Shown here piece by piece: positions 58,474-64,000 of a stretch of DNA of 64,000 nt. The stretch comes from an uncultured Actinomycetes bacterium (GTDB lineage: Bacteria; Actinomycetota; UBA4738; HRBIN12). How positions within the stretch are numbered: the first letter of the stretch is position 1; every line of letters starts with the position of its first letter. The notes beneath the pieces were generated by a model, which was not told where the DNA came from, did no database searches, and worked only from the letters and a program-made list of their open reading frames with translations. The position numbers and the translations under genes were made by a program. The stretch covers positions 1 to 64,000 of the forward strand of contig CAVPIB010000019.1 in NCBI GenBank assembly GCA_963704885.1, written 5' to 3'.

Positions 58474-59496
58474 GTGCTCGGGTTCCTTGGTCGCGACATG
58501 GCGGTTGACCTCGGAACGGCGAACACGCTCGTGTACGTGCGAGGTCGTGGCGTCGTTCTGAACGAACCGTCCGTGGTGGCGATCAACACCCTTAGCGGAG
58601 CCATACTCGCCGTCGGCTCCGAGGCCAAGCGCATGATCGGCCGCACGCCCAGCCATATCCAGGCGGTCCGCCCTCTCAAGGACGGCGTCATCGCCGACTT
58701 CGACGTCACGGAGAAGATGCTGCGGTACTTCATACAGCGGGTGCACAAGCGTCGCCTGCTCGCTAAGCCCCGGGTGGTCGTATGCGTCCCCTCGGGCATC
58801 ACCGGGGTGGAGCAGCGCGCGGTCGAGGAAGCCACCATCGCGGCGGGCTCGCGGCGCGCCTACATCATCGAGGAGCCCATGGCGGCCGCGATCGGCGCCG
58901 GACTGCCGATCCACGAGCCGACCGGAAACATGATCGTCGACATCGGCGGTGGCACCACCGAGGTCGCGGTGATCTCGCTCGGCGGCATCGTGACGTCGAC
59001 CAGTATCCGGATCGGCGGCGACGAACTAGACGAAGCGATCATCCAGCACGTCAAGAAGGAGTACTCGCTGCTGCTGGGCGAGCGGACGTCCGAGGCCATC
59101 AAGCTCGCGATCGCGTCGGTGTTCCCCATGCCGGAGGAACTCGTCGCTGAGATCAAGGGGCGGGACCTGGTGAGCGGTCTGCCCAAGACCATCACGATCA
59201 GTGCCGAGGAGATCCGCCGCGCGATCGAGGAACCGGTGAACGCCATCATCGACGCCATCAAGACCACGCTCGATCGAACACCACCTGAGCTGTCCGCCGA
59301 CATCATGGATAGCGGCATCGTCCTCACGGGCGGCGGCGCGCTCCTTCGCGGTCTGGACAAGCGGTTGCGACACGAGACCGGCATGCCGGTCCGGATCGCC
59401 GACGCGCCGTTGCAGGCCGTCGTGCTCGGTTCGGGCAAGTGCCTGGAGGAGTTCGAGGTCTTGCAGCGTGTCCTGGTGAGCCCGTCGCGGCGGTAA
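58474..59496 (+). CDS. mreB: rod shape-determining protein MreB
   Basis: DLGTANT, EEPMAAAIGAG, DIGGGTTE, LTGGGALL. Start approximate. Confidence 0.96.
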   Translation: MLGFLGRDMAVDLGTANTLVYVRGRGVVLNEPSVVAINTLSGAILAVGSEAKRMIGRTPSHIQAVRPLKDGVIADFDVTEKMLRYFIQRVHKRRLLAKPRVVVCVPSGITGVEQRAVEEATIAAGSRRAYIIEEPMAAAIGAGLPIHEPTGNMIVDIGGGTTEVAVISLGGIVTSTSIRIGGDELDEAIIQHVKKEYSLLLGERTSEAIKLAIASVFPMPEELVAEIKGRDLVSGLPKTITISAEEIRRAIEEPVNAIIDAIKTTLDRTPPELSADIMDSGIVLTGGGALLRGLDKRLRHETGMPVRIADAPLQAVVLGSGKCLEEFEVLQRVLVSPSRR

Positions 59497-59501
59497 CCGC
59501 C

Positions 59502-60362
59502 GTGGTCACCCGGCAACGCCCCCGCAGCACGCGGCTCTTGGTGGTTCTCTTGGTGTCTGTTTCGCTCGCGGTTATCACCCTCGACTACCGTCAGGGACAG
59601 GACGGCCCGCTCGCCGGGCTCGGGCGCACGGCGCTCGCCGCTATGGCGCCGCTGCAGAAGGCGGTCACAACCGTCACGCGCCCGATCGGTGAATTCTTCA
59701 GCGGCCTCGTGCATCTACCTTCGCTCGAGAACGAGAACCGACTGCTCCAGGACGAGAACGCCGCGCTCAGGGGCGTCATCGCGCGACAGCCCGACCTGGC
59801 GAATCAGGCCCAGGCACTGGCGGACCTGCTCGGCCTGAAGGAGAGCCTTACCCCAACCTCCGTCCCGGCGATCGTGATCGCGAACGGCCTGTCGAACTTC
59901 CGCTACACGATCACGATCGATCAGGGTTCGGCGGCCGGTATCGAGATCGATCAACCGGTGGTCACCGGCTCGCCCGAGGCGCCGATCCTGGTCGGCAGGG
60001 TAGTCGCCGTCAGCTTGGTCTCGGCGGAGGTGCAGCTGATCATCGATCGGAACTCGGCGGTGGCGGGCCGCTTGAGCGTCTCGCACGAGAGCGGCCTGGT
60101 CGAGGGTCAGGGTAGAGGCGATCTTCGGATGAGCTTGGTGGTCCCGGGCACGACCATCGAGGGCAACGAGACCGTCGTGACCCAGGGATACGAGGTGAAC
60201 GGTCAGCGCGGCCTCTACCCGCCGGGACTGGTGATCGGGCAGGTTTCACAGGTGATCCCGGGAGCGAGCGATCTGCAGGAGTTCGTGACCGTGCGTCCGG
60301 CCGTCGACTTCGCGTCGCTCGAGTTCGTGCTGGTCCTTCAGACCAAACGGACCGGCGGTTAG
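59502..60362 (+). CDS. mreC: rod shape-determining protein MreC
   Basis: TM helix, coiled coil (ENEN.LL..EN), IDQG, LVGRV, PPGLVIG. Confidence 0.92.
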   Translation: MVTRQRPRSTRLLVVLLVSVSLAVITLDYRQGQDGPLAGLGRTALAAMAPLQKAVTTVTRPIGEFFSGLVHLPSLENENRLLQDENAALRGVIARQPDLANQAQALADLLGLKESLTPTSVPAIVIANGLSNFRYTITIDQGSAAGIEIDQPVVTGSPEAPILVGRVVAVSLVSAEVQLIIDRNSAVAGRLSVSHESGLVEGQGRGDLRMSLVVPGTTIEGNETVVTQGYEVNGQRGLYPPGLVIGQVSQVIPGASDLQEFVTVRPAVDFASLEFVLVLQTKRTGG

Positions 60363-60365
60363 CGC

Positions 60366-60875
60366 GTGCTCAGGCGGACCTTGGCCCTCACCGGCGTGAT
60401 CGTTACATGCTTGTTGCTGCAATCGACCGTGTTCTCGCAGATCAAGTTCCTGGGGGTCCGGCCGGAACTCCTTTACATCGTCACGATCTGCCTGGCCATC
60501 CTGGAGGGTCCCGGCGAGGGAGCGGTGGTCGGGTTCGCGGGTGGCATGGCGCAAGACTTCCTGCTCGACCAACCGAAAGGGATCACGGCGCTCACGCTCA
60601 CGTTGCTCGGCTACACGGTTGGGTTGGCGCGCCAGTACATCGTGTCGCCTTCGCCGATCCTGCCGACCGCGCTCGTGGGCGTTGGTACCTTCGCAGGCGT
60701 GATCTTCTACGAGACCGTTTCGTTCCTGCTCGGGCAGTTGGACGACTCGTTGATGTACCTACTCCGGGTGGCGTTCCTGACGGCCGTGTACAGCGCCGTC
60801 TTGACGCCGCTCATCTATCCGATCCTGCGCAGGATCTTCGAGGGATCTCGACCCCGCAGGGTGGTGCGCTTCTAG
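60366..60875 (+). CDS. mreD: rod shape-determining protein MreD
   Basis: Hydrophobic, GVRPEL, GF..G..QD. Operon position. Confidence 0.9.
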   Translation: MLRRTLALTGVIVTCLLLQSTVFSQIKFLGVRPELLYIVTICLAILEGPGEGAVVGFAGGMAQDFLLDQPKGITALTLTLLGYTVGLARQYIVSPSPILPTALVGVGTFAGVIFYETVSFLLGQLDDSLMYLLRVAFLTAVYSAVLTPLIYPILRRIFEGSRPRRVVRF

Positions 60876-60877
60876 CC

Positions 60878-62806
60878 ATGGACAAGTCGACCTCGCGCCT
60901 GAAGATCCTGGCGATCCTGGTTGCCTTCATGTTCGCGGCTCTCAGCACGCGCCTGTGGTTCCTGCAGGTCTTGTCGTCCGCCAGCGCCGACGACGCCATC
61001 GAGCAGCAGAGCACCCGGATCGTGAAGGTCGACGCGGTGCGCGGTGACATCTTCGACTTCCAAGGTCGCAAGATCGTGGACAACCGCATCTCGCTGGAGG
61101 TCCGGGTCAACGAGCAGGAACTGGGCGAAGACGCCGAAAGCGAGCTGCTCCGTTTGTCCAACGTCCTGGACATCCCCGTCAGCGACATCCGCCTCGCCTT
61201 GGACGACAAGGCCTACTTCGACTATCAGCCCAAGCCGGTCGCGATCGAGGTGAGCAAGGAGGTGGCGTTCTACCTGAAGGAGCACAGCCTTGACTTCCCG
61301 GGGGTAGAGGTGGTCGAGGCGTCCGTCCGGAACTACCCCGAGGGCTCGATGGCGGCGCACATCCTTGGCTACGTCGGGCAGATCAACGCCGAGGAGATCG
61401 CGGATGTTTCGTTCAAGGGTTACGGACCGAACGACCTGGTGGGGCGGTCCGGGCTGGAGCAGGAATACGAGCGCTACTTGCACGGGAAGAAGGGCCTGCA
61501 GAAGTTCCTGGTCAACTCGAACCAACAGGTGATCCGCGCGCTGGGCGTGCAGGAGCCGGTGCCGGGGAACAACCTGGTGCTGTCGATCGACGTCGACACC
61601 CAGCGGATCGCGGAGCGCGCGCTGGTACAAGGCATCGAGCGGACCCGGACGATCTTCGATGACTCGCAGGATCCGCCCGGCTACCTGAAGGCCAACTCCG
61701 GGACGGTGCTAGTGATGGATCCATCGACCGGCGCCGTCAAGGCTCTAGCCTCATGGCCAACCTACGATCCCGCTTGGTTCGTCGGAGGGCTGACCAGGGG
61801 CAGGGTTTCGTACCTGTTCGACAGCCCCGAGGCGCCGACCCTGAACCGGGCGACCCAGCTCACGTACGCCCCGGGTTCGACGTTCAAACCGTTCGTCGCG
61901 CTGTCGGCGGTGCAGAGCGGTCTCGCCAGCCTGGGCGGCTACTACCCCTGCCCGCCCGAGTACGAGTACCCGGGCGACACATCTGGCACGATCTTCCACA
62001 ACTGGACCTCAGCGAACTTGGGCTCGATCTCGCTCGCTCGGGCATTGGAGGTGTCGTGCGACACCGTGTTCTATCAGTTCGGCGGCGACTTCTACGGTCG
62101 TTACACGTCCAACCAGCTCGGTGTCGACCCCACACCCCTGCAGAAGGACCTCCGGCAGTTCGGGTTCGGCAGTGTGACGGGGATCGATCTACCGACGGAG
62201 GCGGACGGCCTGATCCCAACCCCCGATTGGAAAGAGGGCTTCTCAGCGGACAACCCGGAGCTGTTCAACCCCGGTGAGGAGGTCTGGCTCCCGGGAGACA
62301 ACATCCTGATGTCGATCGGACAGGGGTACGTGACCGTCACTCCGATGCAGCTCGCCACGGCATACGCGGCTATCTCGAACGGCGGGAAGGTCTGCACCCC
62401 GCATCTCGTGGATCGGATCGAGGATCCAGAGGGCGGTCTGGTGAAGCGCGTCACCGGCCATTGCGGGCGCCGTACGCTCCCGTTCAGCCAGGCGCAGCTC
62501 GACTACATCAACACTGCGCTCGCAAGCGTCACGGTATCCGGCACAGCCGATCAGGCCTTCGCGGGCTTCCCGCTCTCCGAGATCCCGGTCGCCGGCAAGA
62601 CCGGCACCGCGCAGCGGCCGCCGTTCCAGGACACGGCGTGGTTCGCCGCCATGGTTCCCGCCGGTGATCCGCAGTACGTGGTGATCGCCATGGTGGAACA
62701 GGGCGGGCACGGGTCGACGTCGGCGGCACCAATCGTTCGGCAGATCATCGAAGGGCTGTTCGGACTCGAGGAGACCGGGGCGGTCGACGGAGGGTCCACC
62801 GACTGA
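60878..62806 (+). CDS. mrdA: penicillin-binding protein 2
   Basis: RG.I.D, GLEQEYE, PGSTFK, SCD, KTGT. Confidence 0.94.
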   Translation: MDKSTSRLKILAILVAFMFAALSTRLWFLQVLSSASADDAIEQQSTRIVKVDAVRGDIFDFQGRKIVDNRISLEVRVNEQELGEDAESELLRLSNVLDIPVSDIRLALDDKAYFDYQPKPVAIEVSKEVAFYLKEHSLDFPGVEVVEASVRNYPEGSMAAHILGYVGQINAEEIADVSFKGYGPNDLVGRSGLEQEYERYLHGKKGLQKFLVNSNQQVIRALGVQEPVPGNNLVLSIDVDTQRIAERALVQGIERTRTIFDDSQDPPGYLKANSGTVLVMDPSTGAVKALASWPTYDPAWFVGGLTRGRVSYLFDSPEAPTLNRATQLTYAPGSTFKPFVALSAVQSGLASLGGYYPCPPEYEYPGDTSGTIFHNWTSANLGSISLARALEVSCDTVFYQFGGDFYGRYTSNQLGVDPTPLQKDLRQFGFGSVTGIDLPTEADGLIPTPDWKEGFSADNPELFNPGEEVWLPGDNILMSIGQGYVTVTPMQLATAYAAISNGGKVCTPHLVDRIEDPEGGLVKRVTGHCGRRTLPFSQAQLDYINTALASVTVSGTADQAFAGFPLSEIPVAGKTGTAQRPPFQDTAWFAAMVPAGDPQYVVIAMVEQGGHGSTSAAPIVRQIIEGLFGLEETGAVDGGSTD

Positions 62807-63948
62807 TGGACCTGGTCGCCGGCAGGACCTTCGCGAACGAGCGACGACCGATCCGCCACCTGGACCCGGCCCTGCTCCTGGTCACGGGGCTCCTGTCGAT
62901 CATCGGATTGTTGTCGATCTACTCGTCCACGCACCGTTCGTTGGAGGTCTTGGACGAGGACCCGATGGTCTTCGTGAAGAAGCAGGTCGCCGCATTGGTC
63001 CTGGGCATCCTGCTCCTGCTCATCATCGCCACGTTCGACTACCGGTTCTTCAAGGTCTATGCCGGGTTCATGTACGCCGGGACGGTCACGATGCTCGTGC
63101 TGGTGCGCCTGCCGGGCATCGGCTCCTCGGCGAACGGCGCGCAGCGATGGTTCCAGTTCGCGGGGTTCCAGTTCACGCCGTCCGAGATCGCGAAGATCTC
63201 CCTCGCTCTCATGTTGGCGGCCATGCTGTCGGAGCTTCGGACCCCCGAGCCGGTGTTGCCCGACGTGTTGCGCGCCTGCATCGTTGCGATCGTGCCGATG
63301 TTCCTCGTCTTCATCCAGCCCGACATAGGCACCACGATCGTGCTGGTGGCGATCGTGGTGGGGATCTTGGTGGTCGCGGGAACGCGTCCACGACATCTAC
63401 TTGCGCTGGCGCTCGCGTCGATAGTGCTGGTCGCGCTTGCGTTCCAGCTGAACGTCATCCGCGACTACCAGCTGGCGCGACTGACAGGGTTCCTGGACCC
63501 GCAGGGCTCCGCCGACACCACGCAGTACAACCGGGAGCAGGCGGAGATCGCGGTCGGGGCGGGCGGATTGTTCGGGCGCGGCTACCTGGCCGGCACGCAG
63601 ACCAACCTGGACTTCGTGCCCGAGCAGCACACGGACTTCATCTTCACTGTGGTGGGGGAGGAGTTCGGGTTCTTCGGTGCGATCTTCGTCCTGGCCCTGT
63701 TCGCAATCTTGATCTGGCGCGCGATCCGGATCAGCTACTTATCCAAGGACCCGTTCGGCACGTACGTTGCGGCCGGTATCGCCTCGATGTTCGCGATCCA
63801 GATGTTCGTGAACGTTGGGATGGTGCTGGGGATCATGCCCATCACCGGTATCCCGCTGCCTTTCGTTAGCTACGGGGGAACGGCCATGCTCGCGAACTTC
63901 ATCGCGGCCGGGCTGTTGTTGAACGTGCACATGCGTCGCTTCAAGTGA
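62806..63948 (+). CDS. rodA: SEDS glycosyltransferase RodA
   Basis: GAQRW, PSEIAK, QPDIGT, PEQHTDFIF, GIPLPFVSYGG. Confidence 0.95.
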   Translation: MDLVAGRTFANERRPIRHLDPALLLVTGLLSIIGLLSIYSSTHRSLEVLDEDPMVFVKKQVAALVLGILLLLIIATFDYRFFKVYAGFMYAGTVTMLVLVRLPGIGSSANGAQRWFQFAGFQFTPSEIAKISLALMLAAMLSELRTPEPVLPDVLRACIVAIVPMFLVFIQPDIGTTIVLVAIVVGILVVAGTRPRHLLALALASIVLVALAFQLNVIRDYQLARLTGFLDPQGSADTTQYNREQAEIAVGAGGLFGRGYLAGTQTNLDFVPEQHTDFIFTVVGEEFGFFGAIFVLALFAILIWRAIRISYLSKDPFGTYVAAGIASMFAIQMFVNVGMVLGIMPITGIPLPFVSYGGTAMLANFIAAGLLLNVHMRRFK

Positions 63949-64000
63949 GCGACTCGTCCGGACGATCCCCGCTGACGAACCATGTGAACGTGGACCCCCC

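Overview
High-GC actinobacterial chromosome segment. The backbone follows the gene order known from Actinomycetota: mec-moeB-cysO-cysM-murI-MBL hydrolase-rph-rdgB, then tRNAs Leu/Lys/His/Arg/Gly/Pro, then tig-clpP-clpX, valS-folC-ndk and mreBCD-mrdA-rodA. A fabD-H-G-acpP-fabF cluster lies between ndk and mreB. Accessory genes sit between the tRNAs: an IS1-like transposase/NYN remnant, a spondin-domain protein, a CehA/McbA hydrolase, twin class III aminotransferases, a BHMT-like methyltransferase next to a dimethylglycine dehydrogenase-like gene, an orphan type IV pilin with Trp at +1, a four-CxxC zinc-ribbon protein, a perfectly duplicated tRNA-Arg(UCU), a lysyl-oxidase-like gene abutting tRNA-Pro, and amine-catabolism genes. 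Several genes at 28.9-29.3 kb and 36.9-42 kb have single-base frameshifts that look like long-read errors. I found no CRISPR array, prophage or integrase, and no clearly novel multi-gene system. The leads below are individual candidates. All family calls come from motif recognition by eye, not database searches.
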